Below, piece by piece: positions 17,375 to 25,844 of a stretch of 32,000 nt of DNA. Positions within the stretch are counted from its first letter, which is position 1, and the number at the start of each line of letters is the position of its first letter. Under the pieces are notes generated by a model, which saw nothing but the letters and a program-made list of their open reading frames with translations, was not told the origin of the DNA and made no database searches. Source of the stretch: Candidatus Saccharimonadota bacterium (GTDB lineage: Bacteria > Patescibacteriota > Saccharimonadia > Saccharimonadales > UBA4665). Position numbers and translations under genes: made by a program. The DNA lies in NCBI GenBank assembly GCA_016700375.1, contig CP065016.1, positions 1,170,001-1,202,000 on the forward strand, written 5' to 3'.

Positions 17375-18613
17375 ATGCAGAGGGTACAGCACGTCGTCAA
17401 ACGGTCTTATCACGCTAGTAAGCGGCGTGCGCAGCGCGTGCATCAGCACCCGGCAGGCTTACCGCTTGTGCTTTTTGCTTTGCTTCTCGCGCTTAGCGGT
17501 GCGGGGTTTTGGTATGCGACCCGTCAAGGAGTGGTGGCAGAGTACGTTGCCAGAGATACCTTTATTGCCATTGTTTCCTACGACGGACAAAAGTCCACTA
17601 TACCGACTACCGCAAAAACAGTCGGCGATTTACTGAAAAAACTTGATATTACGCTGGCCCCGGGTGACCGCGTTGAGCCTGCGGCAGATGAAGCCATTGC
17701 TCAAGATAATTTCCTAATAAATGTCTACCGCTCGGTGCCGATTGCGCTGTACGATGGAGCGCAGGTAACGTATGCAAAAAGTGCCGCCGCGACTCCCCGG
17801 AGTATGGCAGCAGCAACTGGGGTTAATCTTTACGGCGAAGATACGGTCGATGCCGAGCCTACCAAGAATTTTTTGCTACAGAAGGGCATAGGTCACCGCG
17901 TTGTAGTGAACCGTGCGGTACCAATACTGCTGACGTTATATGGGCAACCGCTTTCGCTGCGCACGCAGGCAGAAACAGTCGGCGATTTGCTCAGAGAAAA
18001 AGGCATAGCACTCCGTGCGGATGACACAGTGAAGCCGTCCAGTACTGCTCCTCTGAGCGCAAACATGCAAGTTGCGGTAGTGCGTAATGGGGTTCAGGTG
18101 ATTACGGTTACAGAAGACATACCAGCTCCGGTAAAAAATGTCATAGATATGTCGCTATCATTTGGCAGCCAGGCCGTACGGCAAGAAGGCAGTGCTGGCA
18201 AACGAGTTCAAACCTACGAGATAAATGTACAAAAGGGCGAAGAGATAAGTCGTAAACTATTGCAGTCCGTAGTAACGGTGCAGCCGGTGGAGCGGATAGT
18301 TGCAAAAGGTAACACGGTAAATATTCCAAGCGATAAAGTGGCCGTAATGGCAGCTGCAGGAATATCACAGAGCGACTATGCCTATGTTGACTATATTTTC
18401 TCGCGAGAATCACGATGGAACGCGGCCGCCATGAATGCCGGAGGATGCGGTGGTTTGGGGCAGGCCTGTCCTGCCGGCAAGCTGGCCGCAGTGTGTCCTA
18501 CTTGGCAAGCCGACGCTGTTTGTCAGACGAAGTTTTTTAGTGGCTATGCCATTGGGCGCTATGGTAGCTGGCAGGGGGCGTACAATGCTTGGCTGACAAA
18601 ACACTGGTGGTAA
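17375..18613 (+). CDS. Membrane-anchored DUF348/G5-domain cell-wall protein with a C-terminal lysozyme-like (Apf/transglycosylase-like) domain
   Basis: N-terminal TM helix (LPLVLFALLLALSGAGFWY). DUF348-like TVGDLLKKLDITLAPGDRV and TVGDLLREKGIALRADDTV. G5-like QAVRQEGSAGKRVQTYEINVQKGE. C-terminus SRESRWNAAAMN...GRYGSWQGAYNAWLTKHWW. Confidence 0.8.
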   Translation: MQRVQHVVKRSYHASKRRAQRVHQHPAGLPLVLFALLLALSGAGFWYATRQGVVAEYVARDTFIAIVSYDGQKSTIPTTAKTVGDLLKKLDITLAPGDRVEPAADEAIAQDNFLINVYRSVPIALYDGAQVTYAKSAAATPRSMAAATGVNLYGEDTVDAEPTKNFLLQKGIGHRVVVNRAVPILLTLYGQPLSLRTQAETVGDLLREKGIALRADDTVKPSSTAPLSANMQVAVVRNGVQVITVTEDIPAPVKNVIDMSLSFGSQAVRQEGSAGKRVQTYEINVQKGEEISRKLLQSVVTVQPVERIVAKGNTVNIPSDKVAVMAAAGISQSDYAYVDYIFSRESRWNAAAMNAGGCGGLGQACPAGKLAAVCPTWQADAVCQTKFFSGYAIGRYGSWQGAYNAWLTKHWW

Positions 18614-18661
18614 GACAGCCGGTTTGCAAGCGCATTACGGGCAAACTGCTACAATGAAGAG

Positions 18662-19498
18662 GTGAAAGAGACGTCTCCCAAAAAATCGCTCGGGCAGCAC
18701 TGGCTGCATGACGAACCTACACTTGACTCAATCTGTGACGCCGCACAGGTGACCATAGGAGACAATGTTCTAGAAATTGGCCCCGGTCTTGGTACGCTCA
18801 CGGCCAGATTACTGCAGCGGGGTGCCCATGTCACCGCAGTCGAGTTCGACAGTCACCTAGCGCAAACCCTAAAACAAACCCTTACCCGACACTCAAAGGA
18901 CAGTCCTCTGAAAATGGAGGATATTCAGAATTTGACGGTGTTAGAGGGGGATATTTTACAGTTTAACTTACAACAGCTCCCAGAGGGATACAAAGTGGTG
19001 GCAAATATACCGTACTACCTGACAAGCAATCTTATACGGGTTTTGTGTGAAAGCCCAAACCGTTTCAGTACGGCGGCACTGCTCATCCAAAAAGAAGTGG
19101 CCGAGCGAGTTGTGGCGCAGCCCGGGAAGATGTCTCTCTTGAGCGTCAGTACCCAATTTTACTGTGAGGTTAGCCTTGGCGCATTCGTGCCCGCAAAGTT
19201 ATTTACACCACCACCAAAGGTAGATAGCCAAGTACTTATTTTGCATCGCCGCGAAAAGCCACTTTTTAATGATGTCGACACAAAACAGTTCTTCAAAATA
19301 GTAAAAGCTGGCTTTAGCCAAAAGCGTAAAACACTTCTCAATAGCCTGAGTGGCGGGCTTGGGGCCGATAAGCAACAGGTATCGGTCTTGCTCGAGACAG
19401 CACAGCTGGCTCCTTCGCGTCGTGCCCAGACACTTTCGCTCACGGAATGGCATCAGCTCTACCTGGTCGCGTTTGACTCGGGTATGCAAAAACCGTAG
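18662..19498 (+). CDS. rsmA: 16S rRNA (adenine1518/1519-N6)-dimethyltransferase
   Basis: KSLGQHWLHD, the VLEIGPGLGTLT SAM-binding motif, and NIPYYLTS. Confidence 0.9.
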   Translation: MKETSPKKSLGQHWLHDEPTLDSICDAAQVTIGDNVLEIGPGLGTLTARLLQRGAHVTAVEFDSHLAQTLKQTLTRHSKDSPLKMEDIQNLTVLEGDILQFNLQQLPEGYKVVANIPYYLTSNLIRVLCESPNRFSTAALLIQKEVAERVVAQPGKMSLLSVSTQFYCEVSLGAFVPAKLFTPPPKVDSQVLILHRREKPLFNDVDTKQFFKIVKAGFSQKRKTLLNSLSGGLGADKQQVSVLLETAQLAPSRRAQTLSLTEWHQLYLVAFDSGMQKP

Positions 19499-19507
19499 TA
19501 TCAGACG

Positions 19508-20812
19508 ATGCAGAGAAAACAAACGGTATCTAACGCAGAAAAACGGGCATTGCCTATTGTGGCCCTGACATTATTTCTAGACGTCCTGGGTGTGGGCATA
19601 CTTATTCCGGTACTGCCCCAGCTTATTTACCACATGTTTGAACCGGCGGGCTATAGCTTTTCCACTTCCTTAATTTTGCTTGGCTGGCTTACGGCAATCT
19701 TTCCACTCATGCAGTTTCTGGCAACTCCTATACTTGGCCAGCTTTCTGATAGGTATGGGCGTCGACCAGTTTTGGCGTTTAGTCTGCTCGGAACAGTTAT
19801 TGGGTATGTGCTGTTTGCGCTTGCGATTGTAACAAAAAACATTCCGCTCTTGTTCGCTGCCAGGGCACTCGATGGCATAACGGGCGGTAACATAAGTGTG
19901 GCGCGCGCTGTCATAGCCGATATAACGCCGCCGGAGCGTCGAGCGCGGAATTTCGGCATGATAGGGGCAATCTTTGGTATTGGCTTTGTATTTGGCCCCT
20001 ATATTGGCGCACGGCTTGCTTCACCCGGGGTTGATTTTTTCAATCTGTTTACTTCACCGGGATGGTTCGGGCCGGCGACGCCATTTTGGTTTACGGCTGG
20101 ACTGGGTATTGTGAATATAACGCTACTACTCTTGCTGTTACCTGAGACACATCGTCACATAAACAAACAGGCAAAATTAGTCTGGAACAAGTCGCTGGAC
20201 AACATTCGCCGCGCCGCGCTTGACAAGCGTCTTCGGGTTATTTTTAGTGCCGAATTTCTCTTTTGGGGTGGTTTTACGTTTTTCACCACATTCTTTCAAA
20301 TACTGCTCATCGAGAAACTTGGGTTCAAGACAAATAACATTGGTGACTTCTTTGCCTATTTGGGGGTATGTATTGCCATAAGCCAGGGGGTACTCGTACC
20401 TTTCCTGAGCAAACGGTTTTTGCCGCACAACATCATTCGCGTAGCGATGTTCGGAATGTCTCTAGCCCTGCTGGGGCAGGTACTCCCAGAGAATACGGCA
20501 CAGCTTCTTTTAATAGCGCCGTTTATTGCGCTTTTTAACGGGCAGTTTATAGCGAACACTTCGGCACTAGTGAGCCTGACTGCTGGGCCGAAGCGGCAGG
20601 GTGAAGTGCTCGGCATTGAGGCTAGCGTGCAGGCACTTGCGCAGGCAATTCCAGCCGTTATTGGTGGATACGTCGCAACCATGGGCGTGAACGTGCCCGT
20701 TCTTGTCGCGGCGGCATTGGTATTTGCTGGCGCAGTTGTGTTTAACGTGTTCTACCGCATACCGAAAGATGTACTGCAGGCCGAGTCAGGCCAGGGTGGT
20801 TCAGTCAACTAA
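19508..20812 (+). CDS. MFS transporter (drug:H+ antiporter / Tet-like), with its last 4 codons and stop supplied by the adjacent IS
   Basis: About 12 hydrophobic segments. The MFS motif GQLSDRYGRRPVL is present. The last four sense codons (GGT TCA GTC AAC) and the TAA stop lie inside the IS1595-type inverted repeat. Confidence 0.85.
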   Translation: MQRKQTVSNAEKRALPIVALTLFLDVLGVGILIPVLPQLIYHMFEPAGYSFSTSLILLGWLTAIFPLMQFLATPILGQLSDRYGRRPVLAFSLLGTVIGYVLFALAIVTKNIPLLFAARALDGITGGNISVARAVIADITPPERRARNFGMIGAIFGIGFVFGPYIGARLASPGVDFFNLFTSPGWFGPATPFWFTAGLGIVNITLLLLLLPETHRHINKQAKLVWNKSLDNIRRAALDKRLRVIFSAEFLFWGGFTFFTTFFQILLIEKLGFKTNNIGDFFAYLGVCIAISQGVLVPFLSKRFLPHNIIRVAMFGMSLALLGQVLPENTAQLLLIAPFIALFNGQFIANTSALVSLTAGPKRQGEVLGIEASVQALAQAIPAVIGGYVATMGVNVPVLVAAALVFAGAVVFNVFYRIPKDVLQAESGQGGSVN

Positions 20813-21689
20813 CATGGAACAAGCGTAGCCTGTAAGAAGTTCGTTGGGTTTTCAAAGAGCCACGGTTGGTTGTGTCTCGCCATCCATTCCCGACACAGAG
20901 CTTCAAGACGTCGTGTCAGTATCCTACCGCCGTACAGCTTTCTGGCATGTCGTTTGCTGATGCTCCAGATATTCTCTCCTTGGTTCGTACTGGCATAGTC
21001 ACCTTTGCTGTGGTTACGGCTCTCGTGCAGATAGCCCAGGAGCGGCAGCTCTTCGTATGCCCACCATTTATCGCTGATGACTAAACTACCGTGTACGACG
21101 TAATCTTGGACGAACCGCTCTAAGGCTTCTTTGCCACGGCTATCGGTAATCCTGAGGGCAAGTTTCCGAGTATGAGGCTCGATTGCGCCGACCACGATGC
21201 GCTGCGGCTGTTTGCTCTTCAGTTTTCCAAAGTAACTCTCGTCTACCTGGACAAGGTGCGTAAGAAGCGGTGCTGTGTCCGGAATTTGCGTCCGGAACCG
21301 TTCGTACCAGCGGGCGACGGTCGTATAGCTCACCTGCGCGAGGAGGGTTGCTACTTCCGGACCTTTCTTCTGTTGCCAGCACCAGAGCAAGACGAACAGT
21401 TGTTTTGGCTTCAGCTTCATGCCATACAGCCAGGAGCCCTGCCAGGCAGTTGCCCGGTACTTGTGGCGACAAACAGCGCACCACAGATAACCGCGGACAT
21501 ACTTCTCCTGTAGCACCTCGTCGCAGCGCGGACAGTGACACCGCTGACCAAATACTAACCTGTTAAGGTACATCCAGTACTTCTTATTACTGGAAAACTT
21601 TGGTAGCTTAGACATTGGAACAACTCCTCTTTACTTGTTAGGTTTGCACTTACAAGTTTACGGGTTGTTCCGTTTTAGTTTAATGAACC
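20798..21689 (-). mobile_element. IS1595-family (ISXO2-like) insertion sequence, 892 bp
   Basis: Terminal inverted repeats GGTTCAgtcAACTAAcatGGAACAA (20798->) and GGTTCAttaAACTAAaacGGAACAA (reverse complement from 21689). They are flanked by the 8-bp direct repeat GCCAGGGT (20790-20797 and 21690-21697). Confidence 0.85.
20809..21615 (-). CDS. IS1595-family (ISXO2-like) DDE transposase
   Basis: N-terminal Zn-ribbon CHCPRC...CAVCRHKY. Catalytic motifs VQVDESYFG, ISDKWWAYE and HSKGDYA...NQGENIWSISKR. Confidence 0.85.
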   Translation of the reverse strand: MSKLPKFSSNKKYWMYLNRLVFGQRCHCPRCDEVLQEKYVRGYLWCAVCRHKYRATAWQGSWLYGMKLKPKQLFVLLWCWQQKKGPEVATLLAQVSYTTVARWYERFRTQIPDTAPLLTHLVQVDESYFGKLKSKQPQRIVVGAIEPHTRKLALRITDSRGKEALERFVQDYVVHGSLVISDKWWAYEELPLLGYLHESRNHSKGDYASTNQGENIWSISKRHARKLYGGRILTRRLEALCREWMARHNQPWLFENPTNFLQATLVPC

Positions 21690-21700
21690 GCCAGGGTACA

Positions 21701-22742
21701 TGTACTAAGCCCCAATTGTCCAGACACTTAGACATGAGTTACTGTTCCTTTCCATACCGCTTCATAGTGCTCCATTGGCGGCAGGTTATTGCAGCTGCTA
21801 TGCCGTCTCACGCGATTGTATTCGTTCTGCCATAGTTTCATTGCTTCGTTGAACGCGACGACATCAAGCTCGGTCGTTTTGGTGACGTGGTAAAACTCTT
21901 CTTCGTCTGTCCGATGGCTCCGCTCGACAAAACCATTATGTTGGGGTGTACCCGGTCGGGATAGCTTGTGCTCGATGCCCCGGTCGAGCAGGTACTGCGT
22001 GAACGGGTGGATACGTCTGAGCTCATGGTCACGCTTTTTGTTACCGCCAGTAGACAAATTGGTGAACGTGGAGTGGTTATCTGTCTGGACACATTCCACC
22101 GTAATACCAATCGATTCGTAGAACGCCAGGGCTTCACGCACAAAGGCGATTGAGTTGCTATTCGACAAGCCATCCTTGACCGCCAGGTACCGGATCTTGC
22201 TGACAATGTCTATCGCTGTAAACTGCTGTCTCCGACTCCGTCGTTTATCTTCGTCCGGACGAACCGGTGCAGCCTTAGTGTCAATCTGCACTCGGTAGCC
22301 TGGATAGGGCGCGTAGAACGGTCTCGTTGGCTTTTTCTTTGGATGTTTCTGGTGCTTTACGAGGTCGGCTCGTTCAATAATCCGCGGACAGCTTTCTCGC
22401 CAATGGATATTCCAGAGTCACTCATCTCATCGACGATTCGCTTCGGGCCATAGGATAGTCCCAGCCTGATTTGTAGCACCAAATCCTCAATGTCTTCATT
22501 CGTCTGCCAGGATACCCTGCCTTTTGGTCCAGGCTTCTGCGGGAACAGTTCGATCCGCCAAGCATAGATAGTATCCCGATGGATCCCAAACATTCGGGCA
22601 GCGATTGCCGCGCCTTTCGCATCGGCTTCAGTTAACACTCGTTTACGATAGGCAATAACTTGATGTCGGGTTAGGTTCTTCTTCATACACATATGCCCCA
22701 ATTCTACACACCGAGGTGTCGGAGGGATTGGGGCTTAGTATA
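21701..22742 (-). mobile_element. IS481-family insertion sequence, 1042 bp
   Basis: Inverted repeats TGTACTAAGCCCCAAT...GACAC (21701->) and TATACTAAGCCCCAAT...GACAC (reverse complement from 22742), about 21/27 identical. They are flanked by the 15-bp direct repeat AACCGCCAGGGTACA (21686-21700 and 22743-22757). Confidence 0.85.
21728..22701 (-). pseudogene. IS481-family transposase (HTH + rve/DDE) split by a -1 frameshift
   Basis: The 114-aa HTH part (22357-22701) ends ...KAVRGLLNEPTS*. The -1 frame continues ...RIIERADLVKHQKHPKKKPTRPFYAPYPGYRVQIDTK into the DDE part (QIDTK, VQTDNHSTF, PQHNGFVERSHRT). Confidence 0.75.
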
Positions 22743-22761
22743 AACCGCCAGGGTACAACCC

Positions 22762-22791
22762 TTGCCTAAATGCTATAGCTTATGGTATAAT
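22762..22791 (+). promoter_or_regulatory. Putative ssrA promoter
   Basis: TTGCCT (22762-22767), 18-bp spacer, and an extended -10 TGgTATAAT (TATAAT at 22786-22791), 10 nt upstream of the tmRNA 5' end. Confidence 0.5.
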
Positions 22792-22801
22792 ACCGACTGA
22801 T

Positions 22802-23211
22802 GGGGCTGAATTTTAAGCTCGACGTTGGTACCTTTCGGTTATGATTGCAGGTCGCTTGTCAGCGTTATAGGCAAAATTGAATAGATGCAAAATCTTTCAA
22901 ACAAGCTGTAGCTAGTGTTAAGGCTGGTCTTCAGGGCGTTGCTCTGAACCTCTTTGGCACTCGCGCTACCGCTAATCTCGTAGCTTAATCACTACGAAAC
23001 GCCTTTGACGATTTCAGATAGCCAAAGTAGCGTTTTATATATCTGGACGCTCGCGTGAGAGCATCTGGCTCATGCGCTAAGATTAGGATTGCTCATTCGG
23101 TTTGTTTGTCTGTTTTTAACCCCGAATGCTAAGACACTAAAATAGACTATGCCTGTAGTATTCTGACCATACGTCCGACGGACGCGGGGGCGGTACCCGC
23201 CAGCTCCACCA
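22802..23211 (+). ncRNA. ssrA: tmRNA (SsrA)
   Basis: 5' GGGGCTG pairs with 3' CAGCTCC-ACCA, including G3:U (Ala identity). The 3' end GGACGCGGG...CCCGCCAGCTCCACCA is tmRNA-typical. An internal tag ORF starts at GCA 22887, preceded by AATAGAT, and ends ...ANLVA-TAA (stop at 22986-22988). Confidence 0.9.
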
Positions 23212-23218
23212 AAATATG

Positions 23219-23248
23219 AACTTCATCGAAAGATGGAGTTTTTATTTT
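23219..23248 (+). terminator. Rho-independent terminator after ssrA
   Basis: AACTTCATC (23219-23227), GAAA loop, GATGGAGTT (23232-23240), then TTTTATTTT. Confidence 0.7.
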
Positions 23249-23323
23249 GGGATTTTGTAATATAACTCATAGCATTTACTCAGCCACAAGGTGCATAGTT
23301 GTATATGGAAAGGGGTATACATA

Positions 23324-23686
23324 ATGAAATATCACTCTCTCATAAAAAAGATAAAACACATGGCAAACGCGCATGACGAAGTCTCGCAAGATGCGCTTGA
23401 GCTTGTGGTAGAGAACGTGGCTGTTCACCTCACCGACCACACGCGCCGAGGTTTTGCTGCAAAACTCCCAGAGGAGCTTCGTGCGGCAGCACTCATGGTG
23501 CCCACGGCCAGCACGCTTGACGACGATATTATTGAACAGTTTATGGATATAGATGATGTTGATGAGCGCAGCGCTCGCGACTACGTGCGAGCCGCTTGGC
23601 AGGCCATAACCGAACTATTTGACCGTGAGTCTGTAGAAGATATCACCGCTGAACTACCGCGAAAAATGGTTGCCGTACTGCAGTAG
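23324..23686 (+). CDS. DUF2267-like small protein
   Basis: Two repeats of a helical module, each ending in an LP-x-EL / ELPRK motif (AAKLPEELRAAAL; ITAELPRKMVAVLQ). The ATG at 23324 follows GGAAAGGGG. The listed GTG at 23291 is less likely. Confidence 0.55.
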   Translation: MKYHSLIKKIKHMANAHDEVSQDALELVVENVAVHLTDHTRRGFAAKLPEELRAAALMVPTASTLDDDIIEQFMDIDDVDERSARDYVRAAWQAITELFDRESVEDITAELPRKMVAVLQ

Positions 23687-23722
23687 CAGCTTTGTATTTT
23701 GTGTAACAAAAGGAGGAAGACT

Positions 23723-23917
23723 ATGTCACTACGAGAAAAAGCCCGAGGCCATCACCGTAAAGGTATTAGCCGTGCCCGGAGTCTACTGCACAAATACGAC
23801 GGCCACAAAATGACCACTGTGGTGAACCACGTACACTTCGAACGTTTCCACGGGTTTGAAAGCACGAAGCACAAAGATAAAAGTGCTGGTGTTATGCCAG
23901 CACCCGAAGCCAGCTAA
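23723..23917 (+). CDS. Small basic hypothetical protein (64 aa)
   Basis: The ATG at 23723 is preceded by a strong AAGGAGG Shine-Dalgarno sequence. The protein is His/Lys/Arg-rich. Confidence 0.5.
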   Translation: MSLREKARGHHRKGISRARSLLHKYDGHKMTTVVNHVHFERFHGFESTKHKDKSAGVMPAPEAS

Positions 23918-24102
23918 TCGCTAGGCGGTGTAAACCCAAGCCTGTCGAGTAGTGCCTTTGTGACCAGATCTTCTCTCGGAGGCATGTTGCCACGTACGAT
24001 GGTTATATCTGCATCAGAAGGCAATACTAATGTCCCGTCGGGATGAAAAGTTCCCCACTCTCCGTCGCGCATAAAAGAAATGTTCTTATCTGATGTTGGC
24101 AT
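23914..24102 (-). CDS. Small hypothetical protein (62 aa)
   Basis: An internal Met (MPTSDKNISF...) is preceded by GAGGAA. The longer listed ORF (to 24174) reads through the tRNA-Ala gene, so I trimmed it. Confidence 0.4.
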   Translation of the reverse strand: MPTSDKNISFMRDGEWGTFHPDGTLVLPSDADITIVRGNMPPREDLVTKALLDRLGFTPPSD

Positions 24103-24129
24103 AATGTTCCTCTGGTGTAACAAATTAAG

Positions 24130-24206
<77 letters not shown>

Positions 24207-24334
24207 TCAATAACAACAGGAGTAGTGTAGCGCATATAGCGCGAATTTTCCAGACGCGCTTTTTCTTTACCATTCCTGAGAAACAGGCGTATACTAGCTG
24301 TATCATCACGTAAGCGGTATGGAGATATACTTGC

Positions 24335-25819
24335 ATGGAGCCAACAAACCCTTCTAAGCCAACTAATACTACCAGTTCTGCAAATGGCACGGAGTCGACA
24401 GCTCCGGTGGTTGCAGCACCCGTAAGCCCTGATGTGGCACCGCCACAATCACAAGAAGCGAGCTCTGTTTCGGCACCGCAAGTATCTGCGCCAGCCGTGA
24501 GCGGAAATCCTGTTGTTGATGGCATGCAGTCTAGCCCAGTCTCTGGCGGGGCGTCGGCGGGTGGTAAGAAGAAATGGTTTGTACCCGCGCTTGTCGGTGG
24601 GGCGGCAGTGCTGCTTTTGGCCGGTGGCTATGTGTTTGCTATGTATCTACCAAATCGACCAGAGTCAGTCTTTAGCACAAGCCTCCAGCGCAGCGGACAG
24701 GCCGTTGATAAACTTGTAGATTATATGGAAAATACCAAAACTTCGGCATCTCAAATGTACGATGGTACCATGACTCTGCAAAGCAGTGGTGCGAGCCTAG
24801 ACGCAACCATCAAAGGTGAGGGTGACGAAAAAAATGCCAAACTTATGCTTGAGGCAAACGTTTCGGGACAAAAATTCACCGCTGATATGGTGGCAGTGGA
24901 TGCCGAGCAATCAGACATGCCAGATATGTATGTGAAGGTTAGTGGTGTTAAGAGCATGTTAGAAGGGCTCGGTGGCCCGCAGTACGGTGCACTTGATAGT
25001 CAGTGGATTGGTATAGATCATACTTTGCTCGACACCTATTTGAATCTGCAGGAAGAACAGCTTGGCACAAATTCGAGTCTCTCGGCAGCCCCCACAGAAG
25101 AGCAGCTCAAAGACGCCCTAACCAGAATGCAAAAGGTCAATAAAGAGTATTTGTTTAGTGGTGACAAAGCAAAGGCGGTTGTAACATACAAAAAGTACGA
25201 AGGCAAAGAAACCAAAAATGGTCGTGATGTCAACCACTATACGGCTGGCTATAACAAAGATAACTTAAAAGCATATGTTGAAGCCGTTGCGAAAGCACTA
25301 GATGAAAGCAAGCTCAACGACTGGGCAAAACAGCAAGATGGCGGCAAGAAAGTAAGTGAAATGCTGAACGTTAGTGAGCTAAAGAGCTCTATCGACAAAA
25401 TGAAAGCAGATGACACCTTTGATATGTATGTCGATGTGAAGACCAAACTGGTTCAGAGCGTGATGTTTACCTCTAGCGATGATAAAAGTACGTTCACCGT
25501 TGCCCAAAATTATACCGGGGGAGATGTCTATCCACTAGAGCTCACGATTGACTCTGGTGATAGCGCCAACAAAGGCAAGGCAATGATTGGTATGAGTGTA
25601 AACACAAAAACCAACGAACTGACCGTAAAACTTGACGTTGACATGACTGGAACCACCGCAAAAATGAATCTAAAAGTAACACCAAGTGATAAAAAAGTAA
25701 GTATCACCGCCCCAACCGGAGCAAAGCCAGTTGCCGATGTTATGAAGCAGCTTGGACTCGACCAGAGCGTTTTGGGTGCGCAAACCTTATTGCCGAATAT
25801 TGCTGGTTCAGCGCTTTAG
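24335..25819 (+). CDS. Hypothetical membrane-anchored extracytoplasmic protein (494 aa)
   Basis: The N-terminus is P/S/A/V-rich and low-complexity. It has a single TM helix (WFVPALVGGAAVLLLAGGYVFAMYL) and a large K/D-rich ectodomain. No known motif recognised. Confidence 0.65.
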   Translation: MEPTNPSKPTNTTSSANGTESTAPVVAAPVSPDVAPPQSQEASSVSAPQVSAPAVSGNPVVDGMQSSPVSGGASAGGKKKWFVPALVGGAAVLLLAGGYVFAMYLPNRPESVFSTSLQRSGQAVDKLVDYMENTKTSASQMYDGTMTLQSSGASLDATIKGEGDEKNAKLMLEANVSGQKFTADMVAVDAEQSDMPDMYVKVSGVKSMLEGLGGPQYGALDSQWIGIDHTLLDTYLNLQEEQLGTNSSLSAAPTEEQLKDALTRMQKVNKEYLFSGDKAKAVVTYKKYEGKETKNGRDVNHYTAGYNKDNLKAYVEAVAKALDESKLNDWAKQQDGGKKVSEMLNVSELKSSIDKMKADDTFDMYVDVKTKLVQSVMFTSSDDKSTFTVAQNYTGGDVYPLELTIDSGDSANKGKAMIGMSVNTKTNELTVKLDVDMTGTTAKMNLKVTPSDKKVSITAPTGAKPVADVMKQLGLDQSVLGAQTLLPNIAGSAL

Positions 25820-25844
25820 TAACTCACAGAGATGGGGTGGTTGT

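Noticed and set aside
25752-25844. An upstream extension of MurF-like paralog 1 that overlaps the end of the preceding gene.
   Set aside because: It overlaps 24335-25819 by 68 nt and has no homology to paralog 2. The GTG at 25845, preceded by GGGGTGG, aligns with the paralog 2 N-terminus.
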